A stretch of 64,000 nt of DNA. It comes from the human T2T-CHM13v2.0 reference genome, Homo sapiens. This document shows, in pieces, positions 1 through 13,970 of the stretch. Location of the stretch: the NCBI RefSeq assembly GCF_009914755.1, contig NC_060926.1; one strand, given 5' to 3'. The notes below the pieces were generated by a model. It saw only the letters and a program-made list of their open reading frames with translations, ran no database searches and was not told the DNA's origin. Made by a program: the position numbers and the translations under genes. Position 1 is the stretch's first letter. The number at the start of each line of letters is the position of its first letter.

Positions 1-59
1 CTGTAGAAGATTGTTTAAAGCCAAGTGGTTAAGAATATTCTATATCCTTCCTTTTGCAT

Positions 60-200
60 ATATTATCTCGTTCATCCTTGTGAAGCAGATAATCTCACCA
101 TCTCAATGTACAGAAAAGGAAACTGAGGCTCAGAACATTTTGAGTAGCCTACTTAAATAGTCTAGGCAGAGATTGAACCCCCACGTCTCTGGCCCCAAGA
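60..200. mobile_element. MIR SINE fragment
   Basis: Core 'aaggaaactgaggctcaga...gattgaaccc'. Confidence 0.65.
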
Positions 201-1769
201 GGTCTTGATAATTCCCTCACAACTGCTGCCTAACAGCAGATAAAATATATTTGGATTCTTCTCACCTTTAAGAAAACCTAGTAAGTTAATCTCTAAAAAT
301 CAGCAATCTGCTCAGGGGATACAGGGAGAACTAGGACTATTGTCCCAAATGTGTAGTCATATTTATCTGCTTACCAAATGACCATGTGTTGAATCCCTGA
401 AAACCATGGGAGAAATACCAATTAAAAAAAAAATCAGAGTTCTGTGACTTCTTCTTTACTAGGTTTCCCTAAAATTATGTTTTACTACAAAACCCTGAGT
501 ATAGACCACATGCTACGAGATGATCCGTGATATCTCTTAGCCCAGTTATAACAACTTACAGTTTTCCTTTTTTTTTTCTAATTGAATACAATGTTCCCAA
601 TTATATTAGTTATAAAAGATAATTGCAAAAACCATGCCTGGTCATTTAAAGTCATCTTCTTCTTGAACCAGTTGGTTCCATCTGGTCTTCTGGATGAAAG
701 AAGTGGAAGACACTGAGCTGAGTTCTGCCCTCCAGTGAGCTTTGTTCTCCAGAAGTTACTTTCTATGATGCCAAACCCACACATCTGGTGAGAAGCAGAT
801 GAGGAAGTTTCCCTTGGGATAACCCAACTGGAGGTGATTCACATCACTCAAGGGTGATGCCATAGTCGGAAAAGGAAACTTGACTTAGGCAGAAAAGGAA
901 TTGTTGTCTCTCATAACCAAACCATGGGAGCATAGGGTTGTGGCTGGACCTTAGGAATAATCTGGATGAGGAGTCAATGATCCTAAGCCTTTGTCTCCCC
1001 ATCCCTGGCCTCTGCTTTTCTGTACTTGTTGATTCCATTTTGTCTGACAGACATCCTCCTGACAGCTGAAAACAAGACCAGCAGAAGCAACCAACCCTCA
1101 CTGCTCACAGCTTGGGCCCAGTGCTCAGCCCCAGGACCAGCTGACACTGATAGTAGCTGTTTTAAACCACAGGAATAAAATGGAGGAAAAATCATCTTCC
1201 AAAGACGAGAAATGCTGCTCACAAAAGAAAGGTGCTGTGTAGATTCCCAGTAAACAATATTATCTATAAATGACTCTGGGAATCACTAATAAGTGATGAT
1301 GAAGCTGATTATGCATTATATAAATGTTTAGATTTGAAAAAAATTGATTTATAGCATATAAAATCCCATTATTTTATATTACTGAAATAGGAATATGAAG
1401 GAATGGAAACATTTTATTTTAAAAACATAAAGTTACACTAAGACATTAGCTCCTTTGACTCACATATTTCAAAAACAATGACGGTTTTCAGTGGAAAATA
1501 ATGCTAAGAAGTTCTGAAAATAACAGTAATAAGGAAGAATTTGAGTAATGAAACATTTATTCACTCATTTTCCTTCAAGTATGTACAATATAGCTATAAA
1601 ATAATTAGACTAAAAAATGGCAGGCACAGCAGAACCTTAAACCAACAAATTTAAAGTATAGACATTTTGTTGGTATAATAAGAGCATTAATATGTATTGA
1701 ATGTTTACCAAGTGCAGGTAACTATTATAAAACCTTTATTGGCATGATCTGAATTAGTTCTCAAAACAA

Positions 1770-1983
1770 ATAGTTGGCAAACTAAGGCCTGTGGGCCAAA
1801 CTCGGCCCACCTTCTATTTTTGTACAGAGTTTTATTGGAACACAGCAACACTCATTCAATTATGCATTGTCTATGGCTACTTTTATGCTACAGAATTGAG
1901 CTGTAGTGGCAGAGACTGTATGGACTACAGAGCCTGAAGAATTTGCCATCTGGCCCTTTACAGAAGAAGTTAGTTGATCCCTG
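1770..1983 (+). mobile_element. MER58A-like hAT-Charlie element inserted in a MIR (MIR pieces ~1690-1770 and ~1984-2100)
   Basis: 'ggcaaactaaggcctgtgggccaaa...gttttattggaacacagc...ggccctttacagaa...ccctg'. Confidence 0.8.
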
Positions 1984-2114
1984 CAAAACAATCCAATGGA
2001 GTAGGTACTGTTATTTCTGCTTTACCCCAAGGTCACAGAATGGTAGTTGTCAGGGTAGTGATTCAAATCCTGAACTGTCTGACTATAAAGTCTATCATCT
2101 TTTTAGATAGATTT

Positions 2115-2230
2115 ATAGCACAGAGCACAGGCCCTAGAGTCAGACTGTTTGGGTTCAGATCAGATTCTACCATCTAGTAACTGCATATTGGACAGTTTGC
2201 TTAACTGCCCTGTACCTCGGATTCCTCCAT
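2115..2230. mobile_element. MIR fragment
   Basis: 'ctagagtcagactgtttgggttcag...gcttaactgccctgtacctcggattcctc'. Confidence 0.65.
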
Positions 2231-4112
2231 AACTCTTCCCATTGGTAATAGATGTGGCTGGTCATCCTTCGTGTCAGTACAGGCCTTGGACCCGGGGTGT
2301 CTGTCCTAGGCCCTGCATCTCAGGGCCTCCCATGCTTTGGAGTGCCTCCTTCAACATTCTCAAAGTTTCTCTGGGAACAGCTGGAGTAGCAGTGCCATCT
2401 GGGCAGGGTACCCTGAGCTGGGACCAGTAAGTATCCTAGTCCCCATTTCTGCCCTTTGGATTGCTCTTTGATCTCTACTTCCCAGCCCTCATGTGGGGCT
2501 GATCTGATGCCCCAAGGAGCTCCAGGACTCATATCTGTGGGTTTATTTTGGGATCCTTGACCTGGCCCTGATTCCGGGTGGGTGACCAGATGAGCCACTG
2601 CTCCCCAGAATAGCCCAGTTTTTCTTGTTGAGTCACCAGGCAAGTGCAGACATGTTGATTTTGATGACTCTCACTTACGTAAAACCCATACGTTCAGGGC
2701 TCTGAGGTTCTCATGGCCCACTGCTGGCCCTTGACTAGAGCCATATGTGGGGTCCATGTGTCAGGTCTCACCTCTCCATGTCTGAATAAATAGTGGCTTC
2801 CATTCTACAGCACCCCAAGGTAGTAAAGGTGGTGTCACTTACCCTCTCCCCTGTACCCCTCCCATCACTAGCACCAGGAAAGTCAAACCCCATCGCTGAG
2901 CATTCCTCCAGAGCATTGTCTGTCCCCAAAGAACATTTGACACTTGTTCTGCAATGTTAGCAGACCCTCCTGCTTGAGGCCCTCCAATCGATGTGTTGCC
3001 TGTGTCAATGTGTTGACATGAACCCTCTGTGCTTAAGCCATGTTGGGGAGACGTGGACATTTCTTGTACAAATAGGACCACTCTTCTTTTTCTACCCATG
3101 GGTTTCCCCCACCTCCCCATGGTGAAAGTGTGTGGAAGGCAAAGGTGCTGTCAACATTAAAAGAAATCACATTCTAGGAATGCAGGAATTACCGTAGGGA
3201 GTTCAAGAGAAGATATGGTCAGAAAATATGCTCTTCTATATTTATGCTATAAAATTTCAAACAGTGAATTTAACATTCTCAGAAAATGAATTAACATTCA
3301 CATTTTCCTGCATATTCTGGGCAAGACTTGACTTTGTGGTCATCATCTCCAAAACACAGTAACCGCCCTCCCTTGAGAGCATCAGTGGAAGCCAGGATTC
3401 ATGGGTGGCAGCAGGGATGACACAACATCATGATTGATGATATAACCAGCATTAAATAAATGATATTAAGGAAATCCAGAGGCTAGAAAAGCTGTTATTT
3501 CAATACAAACAAATGCTGAAGAGCCAGTGTTGTAATAACAGCATTGCAACCCTTTTCTCCCAGTGAGACATGTGGAATTAGCACATCTAACAATAAAAAA
3601 CACAAAGAGGATTCTGGCATCTGCACAGAAAGTGATGGTGCCTAGACACTATGAAAAAATCTTCCCTTGCACTGATTGAACAATAAGCAAATACAAAAAT
3701 ACCTGTTCTTTACCCATTATTCTAAATCTTCATTGATAAATCATGACTCAGATAGGCCTACGAATTTTGTAAAACATTAAATCAAATTCCTTATACAGAC
3801 AGGGACTTGGCAGAAAATATTTTCCAGGGACACATACCATAAAGATGCCCTGCTTGGTATTACCTCATTTTCTTTTCTATGAAGTCACTCTTGCTTTCAC
3901 TTGCAGTTTCTCCTGTCTTTCTTCACGTTGGTGCTTTCCCATGTTTTTTTTTTTTTTCTCGTTTAGGGTGTTCTTTCCTTCTTTTCAAAAATCACTTTAT
4001 GCTTTGTAATATTTGTAGCCCTCAACTTCTTTCCAAGCAGGTAATTTTGCCTTTCTCTCTGTCTCTTTGGTCATCTGCCTGTCTTAGCCTTTCAGACATT
4101 CTCACACTGTAA

Positions 4113-4180
4113 TACACACATGCACGTGCACACACACACTCTATACATATACACTATGCACATATCATATATACACACAA
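4113..4180. repeat. Degenerate (CA)/(TA) microsatellite
   Basis: tacacacatgcacgtgcacacacacactctatacatatacac... Confidence 0.7.
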
Positions 4181-5389
4181 CTGATAAACATTTTGTTTTA
4201 ACGTACAAGCAGCATGTTTACACAGAATTTGTCCTTGGCTTTAGTAACTATACTCACCAAATAGAGGGCTACATATGTGATACAGGAGAGTCAGTCCAGG
4301 ATTACTTGCTTTCATTCTCAATCTTGTCTGGATAATCAGGTTACAGTATGCTAAGGACATCAAGATGCCCAGAATGGCACAAGTGGAAATTCTTTTAGAT
4401 GCCTTGTTGTGCGCTCTTGAGTGTCTGTGGTTAGAACTTGATTCTTTACTGGCCTATGGATCAAGTGTCCTGTGGTTTGTGACAGCTGCAGCATTGGATG
4501 AGATAACTGGGGGTGCCAGGCATAATTCATCCCCGTATGTCCACATTCTGACTATAGAAAGCTATTGACCTAAAATAACATTTTATATCATTTAAAAATA
4601 TTTGGGTAGCCTAAGATCCATTTTTTTGTTTTGGATCAGGAGGTACTACATCCAATTTTTACATGTCGTACCTCTTTGTTTTCACAGATAATTTATATTT
4701 CTTTATCTCTGACACTATTTGGCTGTCCTAGAAATAGCTGATGACACCAATTAGGAGATACGCTCAGTCACTGATGACGTCCTATCCTATTATGTGTTCA
4801 TGCACAGCAGGGCAGGGTATCTGAAATGCATTTGCTTTAGCACATTTAGATAATGTGTGGGAAAGGTGACAGGTTTTTATTTTCTTTTTTGCCAATTTGT
4901 ACATTAGTGTCTCTTAAGTGGCAGATTAAAAATTTCTTAAAGCACTAACACTGATTAAAAATGTTTGTTTAGGCTTGTTCAGAACTCTTAAGTGCTTGCA
5001 GGAGCCAAATCACATTCTCGTCCTTTAAGCAAACAACATTTTAAAAGCCTATAATGGCTGTATCTTATTGAAGCAAATGATAATAACTTTCTATAGGGCT
5101 ATTTTCTTTTATAAGGTAAATAACTAAAACTTGTAAATATGGAAAAATAATCCAGATCCATAGACATATTTGTAAGTATATATTTCTTAAAAATGTTTCA
5201 GTCCTATTAGTCTCTATCATTTTAATACACTGGCAAAATATATAGTACTTTGTTCTTTTCTCAAAACTCTTTTTCAGAATTTATGGCATTTCTTGTACCT
5301 GGTAAAGACTACTGATAAGCCATTTCTTGTGGACTAATAAAAAAAATTAGTTTTTGGTAAGCATTAATTTTAGTCTCTGCTTTTTATCT

Positions 5390-5880
5390 GTTTATTCATT
5401 CTTTCATCCTTCATTCAGCAATAGCTTCTGTGCTGGGCTGGGAGTCAGGTTGGAGGAATGTGCCCTCTCACCAGGAGGATGGACTTGATTGTATCACTGT
5501 GGGGGACCCACTGAATAGTGGGACCTCTGCAAAGTGCAGTGCAGCCCAAGAGGAGAGAACAACTGATTCTAACACAGGCTTCACAGAGAAGGTGACAGAG
5601 GTTTTAACGGGTTAGTAAAAAAGGAGTTCATGCAAAGACAGAAAGGCTGAAAAGACGGGTATTTGGGGAGTTCTGCAATGGTAAATGAGGGGGAAGCTAA
5701 ATGTGTGTGGCTGGTGGCATAAGTAACGTGGGATGTGTAGATTGAGGCCAGAAGGCGAAGGGACTTGAGTGCCATTTTCAAGACTTTGTTTGGACTTTGT
5801 CTCCTAGCTATGGAGACCTCATAAGGACCTTTAGTCAGGGTGGTGACTTAAGAGTGGGCACTATTGGAATCAGAGGCTCT
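5390..5880 (-). mobile_element. L2 LINE remnant
   Basis: L2-type tail 'ttattcattctttcatccttcattcagcaa' and degenerate body. Confidence 0.5.
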
Positions 5881-6779
5881 TACAATAACTGTGAGAGGGA
5901 ATAAGGACTTAAGGCAAAGACCTTCTTTGTGATTATAGACAAATTTATTATGCAATACAATAGATAAAAAAGATTAATGCATAAGTCTTCATAGCCCCTC
6001 TTCCTCTTCTTCCCCATACCCCCCAGGAAAATTCTAGCAGAGCTATGGATTATGAATTGGATTTTCTTTGGAGTTCTTTAAGAGAAGAATATAAATATTC
6101 TAAATGCTTTAATTCTTCTTTGTTGCTACATCTTGATTTGTTTGTTTTTTCACTGTAACTGCACTGAGATCAGTCCCCATGGAGCTCTAGGTTATTAGGG
6201 CTACATAACATGTTTTTTTTTTAGGAGAGCCAGTATAATGTTGGGTGACCCAAAGGTTTATGCCTACTTGGGGGCAGTTTGAAGACCTACTAGTTAGTCA
6301 CATCTACAAAGATAAGATAGGCAAGGTTTTAAAAACCCAAATCCTGTCTGGTTTCCTGCTACCACAGTAATTTCCTGAGGAATACTCCAGGATAAGAACA
6401 TGCTGTTTATTACCAGCTAGGGCTTTGTCCTTGACACCTCACAAAAGTGCCTGTTCCAGGTCATGAACTTGGGTCAATCTGTGGGCAAGATGTAAGAACC
6501 CTTTGCCTCCTCTGAACTCGGAAGCAATTGAGATGACATCCATCTTTGGATGTTCTCTCCTGGACTCTACCTGGTTCCTGCTTGGTTTTCTAACAGAGGG
6601 AAAAAAGAGGATGCCGCTTTCCAACCATAAGGAGGCCTCCATCCAATCTTATCCTATCAGCTGCCAGGAAGGAAAAAGAGAGAAGTGATCTCTGTTCTAA
6701 GAAAGTTGCATTTTAAAGGAAGAAGTTCTGAATGAAGTGCCCCAATCAGGAGCAAGGATGCTTATCTTCTTTCCTCCTC

Positions 6780-7158
6780 TGATATGGTTTGACCGTGTCC
6801 CTACCCAAATCTTATCTTGAATTGTAGTTCCCATAATCCCCATGTGTCATGGGAGGGACCCAGTGGGAGGTAATCGAATCATGGTGGTGTTTACCTGCAT
6901 GCTGTTCTCGTGATAGTAAGTTCTCATGAGATCTGATGGTTTTATAGGGGCTTTTCCCCTCCTTCTCTCTGCACTTCTTCTTGCTGCCACCATGTGAAGA
7001 AGGGTGTGTTTGCTTCCATTTCTGCCGTGATTCTCTTTCCTGAGGCCTCCCCAGCCCTGCAGAAGTGTGAGTCAATTAAACCTCTTTCCTGTATATTTAA
7101 TCAACTATCTAGTCTCTGTTATGTTGCTCCATTAGCAGCATGAGAACAGACTAATACA
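6780..7158 (+). mobile_element. THE1 (MaLR) solo LTR
   Basis: Starts TGATATGGTTTG...CCCAAATCTTATCTTGAATTGTAG and ends GACTAATACA. Confidence 0.92.
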
Positions 7159-7289
7159 GCTAACCCACTTTACCCTTAGCAGCATAGATTCAATTCCACC
7201 TTCTTTGTGGAATTGAATTCCTAATTCATATTAGGGTGTTGGGCAGAGTGAGTATTTGACTTTCATTTATTCATTGGATTTTACATCCA

Positions 7290-8330
7290 GGTTGTGCCAC
7301 TAGCACAAACAGTTCATGGAGGGCCTTGTATACCTGTTTAGGAATTTGGGCTTTGTATGGTAAAGGAGAGTTTCTGAAGGTTGTTAATTAGGGACTTTAT
7401 GGGTTTAGATGTTCAGTTAGAGAAGCTTAAAATATTTTTTAAAATATAGTATCTAAAAAATATTTTTAGAGCCCATCACTCAAAATTAAAAAGGAAAAAC
7501 ATTGGCAGGGGTCATTCTAAAGACAGTGAAATAGTTAGGAAGCTGTTGCTATATAATAGAAGCAAGGTATGATGAGGGCCTGAATGGAGTCAGTGGCAGT
7601 GGGATTGGAGAAAAGAGATTGGACATGAGAAATATTTAGGAGGCAAAAGAAGAGGGTTGTGTGGAAAAAGGAGTCACTTCCCGGGTTTTGTCCTGAGAAG
7701 CTGGCTGGATGGTATTGTCACTCACAAGCACAGGAGAAGGAGGATGGAAGCATATTTTTGTTGGTGGTGAACTTGATTTGAAATATGGTAAATTTGGGGT
7801 TCTGGCAGGCCAAACAAGCAGAGATGTCCAGGGCTCATCTGGATATTCAGGTCTGAAGCCCAGGAGTTGTATTTGGGCAGGAGATAGAGATGTGGGAGTC
7901 ATCAGAAAATAGATGGCAGTTGAAGCTCTGAAACAAGACATCACCAAACAGAAGAATGAGAATGACCCTAGGGTGCGTGGTAGCAATGGGGTCAGTAGTC
8001 GAAGAAGAACCGGGAAGGATTCACAGTGGTGTAGTTGGTGGGAGAGAAGGAAAACCAGAGAGAAGGGAGTGAGAGGAGCAGCAGTGCCCTGGAGAGTCAA
8101 GTGCTGCAGAGAAGAGAAGAAAGGGAGGTAGGGTGGGGAACATCTGTGACTTTAGGAAGGTGGTTCATTGGTGACTGCTGAGCGCAGCTTCAGTGAACGG
8201 TGGCAGTAGATCTGGAGGAAAGTGACTCAGTGAATGTGAGGTGAGCAAATGGAGACATTGGTGTAAATGCCCCTTTCGAGGTTGTGGAAGTGGCTCACGT
8301 TTTTGAGGCAGGGCTGTGTTTGTTTTTCAG
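7290..8330 (-). mobile_element. L2 LINE fragment
   Basis: 'ggatattcaggtctgaagcccagg...ggagatagagatgtgggagtcatcag...tagatggcagttgaagc' is typical of antisense L2. Confidence 0.75.
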
Positions 8331-8535
8331 AGGTAGGGACTCGAGCATATTCTCTGCAGAAGCCCCCAGTCAGTGAGACTGGTAAAGACTGTTGTCATGT
8401 AGTCAGAGGCAGAGTCTCAGTTCTACTCCTTCTCTTATCTCTGTCACACTGAACACTTCTGCTCTTTCTTAAATCACCAGTTGGCTCCTGGGGCTCCCAG
8501 GCCTTTCTGGGTTTGCTCTGGGTTTATTCACCTCT

Positions 8536-8898
8536 TGTGTCAGTCTGTTCTCATACTGCTATGAAGCAATACCCGAGACTGGGTAATTTATAAAGGAAAG
8601 AGGTTGAATTGACTCATAGTTCTGCAGGACTGGGGTTGCCTCAGGAAACTTATGGTCATGGCAGAAGCGGAAGCAAACATGTCCTTCACGTGGCAGCAGG
8701 AGAGAGAAGTGCAAAGGGGGAAAACCCCTTATATAAAAACATCAGATCTTGTGAGAACTCACTATCATGAGAACAACATGAGGGTAACTGCCCCCATGAT
8801 TCAATTATCTCCTGCTGGGTCCCTCCCATGACACGTGGGGATTACGGGAACTACAATTCAAGATGAGATTTGGCTGGGGATGTAGCCAAACCACATCA
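8536..8898 (-). mobile_element. THE1 (MaLR) solo LTR
   Basis: tgtgtcagtctgttctc...gccaaaccacatca; near-TSD cctct/cccct. Confidence 0.92.
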
Positions 8899-10066
8899 CC
8901 CCTGTTAGAGGTGGAGGATTTGCTGTGCCCCACTCACTGCCACCCCCACTGCCACCAGGGCAGTCATGTCTCACATGGTGCGACATTTGGTATCCCCACT
9001 CCTTCACCCACTTGTGCCTTCAGAGAGGACTCGGAGCCCTCAGGAGAGCTACAGGGTAGTCCCGTAAATAGCCAGGGGCCAGTGAGATGATGTACTCTGA
9101 GGAGAGGCTTCCCACAATACAAACCTTAGGTGTCAAATGTGCTATGAGGACACTGAGGCATTGTACCCTCAGCACCTGTGGCAGGTAGGTGGGGCCCAGG
9201 CCAGCCACAACAGCCCTTTCATTTCCCCATGGTGCTGTCCCAATGTCATAATTTTCTTTGTCATGATATGGGAAGCACTGCCTGATGGGGCCCCACCTCC
9301 AGCACATTGGCTGTCTCTCTGTCACTTGGCTTCCTGAATGGTATTTAAACGCCCCCCGCATCACTGTTGGGTCTCAGCAAACTCTCTGGCCTCTTGTTCA
9401 ATTTGCCCTCTGCATACTGGGAAGGCCTATTTAACTTTGCCTGGCATCTGTGTGGAAGAAACACTTCTTAGGCAAAGAGCTCCTGGAAGACAATCTCCCT
9501 AGCAACAATGAAGCATCCTCTCTACAGTCTTTTCTGCCTCTCTTTTGTTGTTATCTGGATGACAGGGATTGAATCTGGCCTCTGCCCATATCAAATGCTG
9601 TCTGGGGCTGGAAACAAGCCTCAAAACATGTTTTAAATATTTTATTTCCCCCCGTCTCCCCTAAGTCTGCCCACCATGCATACGCTTGATTAAAGTTATG
9701 CCCCAGTGATCAACTGTGAGTGACAGTGACCCTCCTAAAGGTAGTCTACTTAGCCTCTGGGCTCAGGCAACACACCTGTGTCTGATTAGACACTGTTACC
9801 CTGCTTGAACCTGTGCCACATGAAAGCAGCTTTCTCTTGTGCTCTGGTAGTGGGAGATGCTTTCTTGTAATGTTAATGCAGGGCTAGACTTTTCTCCTGC
9901 TGATCCTTTGCCTGGAATGTTCTCCTCTTCCTTGTCACCAGCCAGAGCACCACTAAATCAGTGTAAACTCCTTAAGGGAAGACTAAAGTCCTGGGAAGTG
10001 GGGTCATCCTGGCCTTATCTCCTTAAAGAACCTAACTCTTCAAGGGGGTCTTCCCTGTTAACCCTC

Positions 10067-10437
10067 TGTATTAGTTGGCTAGGGCTGCAGTTGCCAGTAC
10101 CATGAACTGCGTGACTTAAACAACAGAAACTAATTGTCTCACAGTTTTGGAGATCAAGATCAAGGTGCCAGCAGGTTTGGTTTCTCCTGAGACCTCTTTC
10201 TTTGGCTTGCAGATGGCCACCTTCTTGTTGTGTCCTCCCATGGCCTTTCATCTGTGTGTGTGCATCCCTAATGTCTCTTCCCCTTTTTATAAGGACGTGA
10301 GTCCTATCCAATTAGGGTCCCACCCTTATGAGCTCATTCAGCCTTAATTACTTCTTCAAAGGCTTTAGCTCCAAATATAGTCACACTGAGGGTTAGGGCT
10401 TCAACATATGAATTTTAAGGGAACACAGTTCAGTCCA
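10067..10437 (-). mobile_element. MLT1A-like MaLR LTR
   Basis: 'tgtattagttggctagggctgc...aaacaacagaaa...tctcacagtt...gggcttcaacatatgaattt'. Confidence 0.8.
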
Positions 10438-10492
10438 CCTCATTATCCTTAACGTTTTCCATTTTTCTGTATTCTCTCCAGTGCTTGGGTAT

Positions 10493-10964
10493 TGCATCAG
10501 TTTCCTATAATTGCTTTAGCAAATTACTAAAAACTTGGTGGCTATAAACAACAGAAATTTATTGTCTCACAGTTCTAGAGGCCAGAAGTCTGAAATCGGT
10601 GTCACTGGGCCGAAATCAAGCTGTCAGCAAGGCTGTACTCCCTCCAGAGGCTCTAGGGGGAAATCTGTCCCTTGCCTTTTTCACTTTTTGGTGGCTGGCA
10701 GCATTCCTTGATTTCTGGATGCATCAATCCATCCTCTGTGGTCACATTGTCTACTCCTCTTCTGGTCAAATTTCCCTTTGCCTCTCTCTTATAGGGACAA
10801 TCGTGATTGCATTTAGGGTCCACCCAGATAATCCAGACTAATGCCCCATCTCAAGATCCTTAACTTAATCATATCTGTAAGGCCCCTTTTACCAAATAAG
10901 GTGACATTTATAAGTTCCAGACATTAGAATCTCCTATCTTGGGGGCCATTATTCCACCAGCCAC
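10493..10964 (-). mobile_element. MLT1C-like MaLR LTR
   Basis: 'aaacaacagaaatttattgtctcacagttctagaggccagaagtctgaaatc...ggggccattattc...ccaca'. Confidence 0.8.
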
Positions 10965-12864
10965 AGGAGTATTGTTCATAATATATCATTTGATGTTTAA
11001 ACAAATGATGTATCATTTGATGTTTAACAGCTGACCTACAAAAAGAGCCCTTGTTGCAAGGGCAGGAGACACAAAGATGTTTTTGCTGGGTGTGTTCAGA
11101 CAAGATCACACCCTTCATACCATAATCTAGAGCCTTGGCTCTGTCCTCCCACATGACCTTCGCCTGAGGGGAGGGGCTGGGGACTAGGGAGCCAAGGAGT
11201 CTCCCTGGGGAGGTGAGGTTTCAGATGATCCAGGGGTTGGAAGAAGTTTCTCCCATGCATTTTTATCTCATGGCTGGTTAAGAGGGGTGGGCATCCCACT
11301 CCCGGAAGCCATTTCACTTTGAATACTTTGTTTACTTCTGGTTAGAAGAGTCTTCAGGAGTGTGGGCTCTGGTAAGAAGGTCCCATTTTCCCTGGACTTA
11401 TACAACCAGGTCTGCTTCTTGTGTTTTGCTATCGTGACACTTTTACAATTTTTCCTCTCAGTTACCTAAGGTACCTGATGAATAGTCAACATGTTTGTGA
11501 AGTCCAGAGTGCCAGATGTATTGAAAATGAGCAATTTTAATCAACGGTGAACCTACCTCTTTATATTTTTTTTTTAAAAAGAGGGCGATTACTGAAGCTT
11601 CACAAATAGTGCTTTATTTAGTCATAGGAGCCATGATCTGGTACTAGGATGGGAGGACTTTATTGGCTGCTAATCTAAGATTGTGTTTGTCTGTTCTTCC
11701 TTCTTGCCATTTATGGTGGAAAAATCTTCCAGAGCACCACAGGTGTTTTGTTTCTTGCTTCTAGTCCCATCCCAATTTCATTTTCATGAAATGGGAGTCA
11801 GGTTTGGAAGATAATTACCAATTTCCTTTTCCTACTTTTAACAATGCCCCTGCTTACGGTACAAAGTTGTGTCTGAACATTACTGCTTATTCTGAAAAAC
11901 TCAATATGTAATTTTTAATGTCGTTTCAAGCCTTTTGAAGTTTCATCTGTTTCTGGGGCATTGCTAATGGTTTACCTTACAACGCAGAAAGAACTTATAA
12001 AGGAGATGTCAGGAGAAAATAATAATCTCCTCAATGCAATCATGTCATTAAGATGCTACTGTTAAGAGTGGGGGATGAGGCAGAGGAAAGACCAGACAGT
12101 GACTTAGAAACATGAGCATTTGGCATCGAAGGCATTACTGTCTTGAAGCCTTCTGGCCTGTAGGGTGTATGGAAACATGTCAGTTATGGAGAGTTTTATA
12201 TTAATCTCCTGTACCATCTAATTTGGTTGATTCAAAATTAGGTTTAATTACAAGTGATCTTCTGGCACTAGGGAGACCGGCCAACAATAACCTTCATTAT
12301 CTCTTCTGGTGAAGGCCACATTTGCTCTCAGGTAAATCTCTCAGAAAAGCTCATCACTGCCCATTTTTCTTTGGTCCCAGGCAAAATTATGCATTACATG
12401 AACTCACTCTTCATGTTTTTCCTGGTCTCTCTTGCTACCTGGTCCCAGGCCAGTTGCTAGAGACTTGTGCTCCCACAGTGGGCATCTGATAAGTGAGTTC
12501 ACTTTTCACTGTTGGTGGCTTGCAGATGTTGTTACTCCTGGAATTATTCTAAGGGGACTCCATGCCTAATAGAAAAAGCCTCACCTAAAAAGGAACCCAT
12601 CTCCAAGGGTAGATTTTTCTAGCCCTGGGGCAGCTGAGTGTAGAAGAAATTGTTTTGAGCAGTACTGTTTTTCTAGGGTCACACAAGTTCTGCCTATTTC
12701 ACTTGTAACAATGCTGCCCATGGGTATAAGGATGACATCCTTTGGAGTTTTAATGCACATTTCCTGGGACTTAAAGATGGGAATTTTCTATGGACACAGT
12801 ACCTCAAAGGGTTTCTTTGTTGGGATTTTCGAGACCCAAATGTAATGAAAGAATCTTTTCACTA

Positions 12865-12980
12865 CAGATGATCCTTGACTTATGATGGGGGTTACGTCCT
12901 GATAAGCCCATTGTAAGTTAAAAAATGTAAGTAGAAAATGTGTTTTCAATTAAGAACCATCCTAAGTCGGGAACCATCTG
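12865..12980 (+). mobile_element. MER47/Tigger-type MITE, 116 bp
   Basis: 24-bp TIRs cagatgatccttgacttatgatgg / ccatcctaagtcgggaaccatctg (19/24 match), flanked by TA on both sides. Confidence 0.8.
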
Positions 12981-13417
12981 TACTTTTGTGGGTATTTGGG
13001 GTGCAAACGTTGGGGACCATGTGTTATGCTGATAATGACCATCTTGCTGATGTGCCTTGTAGGGTAAGGACTCACCCTGGGAGAGACTGTGAGTTTCCCT
13101 GAGGGGTGGACAGTCCACACGTCACCTCTGGGAAGAGGCAGGTCCTCGGAAGTCTGGGGCTTCTGCTCCTCTCTGAGCCTCAGTTCTATGAGTCTGGACT
13201 TCAAGGAGTTTGAGAGAACTTCCAGGGCTGTTTGTTTCTACTCAATTGAATTGTTTTTCCTACTTTGTAAGCCATAACTCCTGGCTCTCTTGGGTTCTAA
13301 TGACCCAGGAGACTCTTCAATGACATTTGGATTCTGTTTCCTGGGGAGCTTTCTTCCTTAATCCTGGGGATACTCAAAGTGTAAGCCAGCCTGGGAAAAG
13401 ATGGATTGAAAGGAGTT

Positions 13418-13970
<553 letters not shown>

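Noticed and set aside
2324-2432. Possible + strand exon (ctcag|...CCA|GTAAGT) of an antisense lncRNA
   Set aside because: Splice-like motifs alone are too common; no transcript evidence can be seen from sequence.
7636-8100. 154-aa ORF, and likewise the 177/153-aa ORFs at 31085-31899
   Set aside because: Overlap L2 remnants; low-complexity translations.
10892-12593. Perfect CArG boxes at 10892-10901 and 12584-12593
   Set aside because: One lies inside an MLT1 LTR and neither has supporting motifs; a handful are expected by chance.
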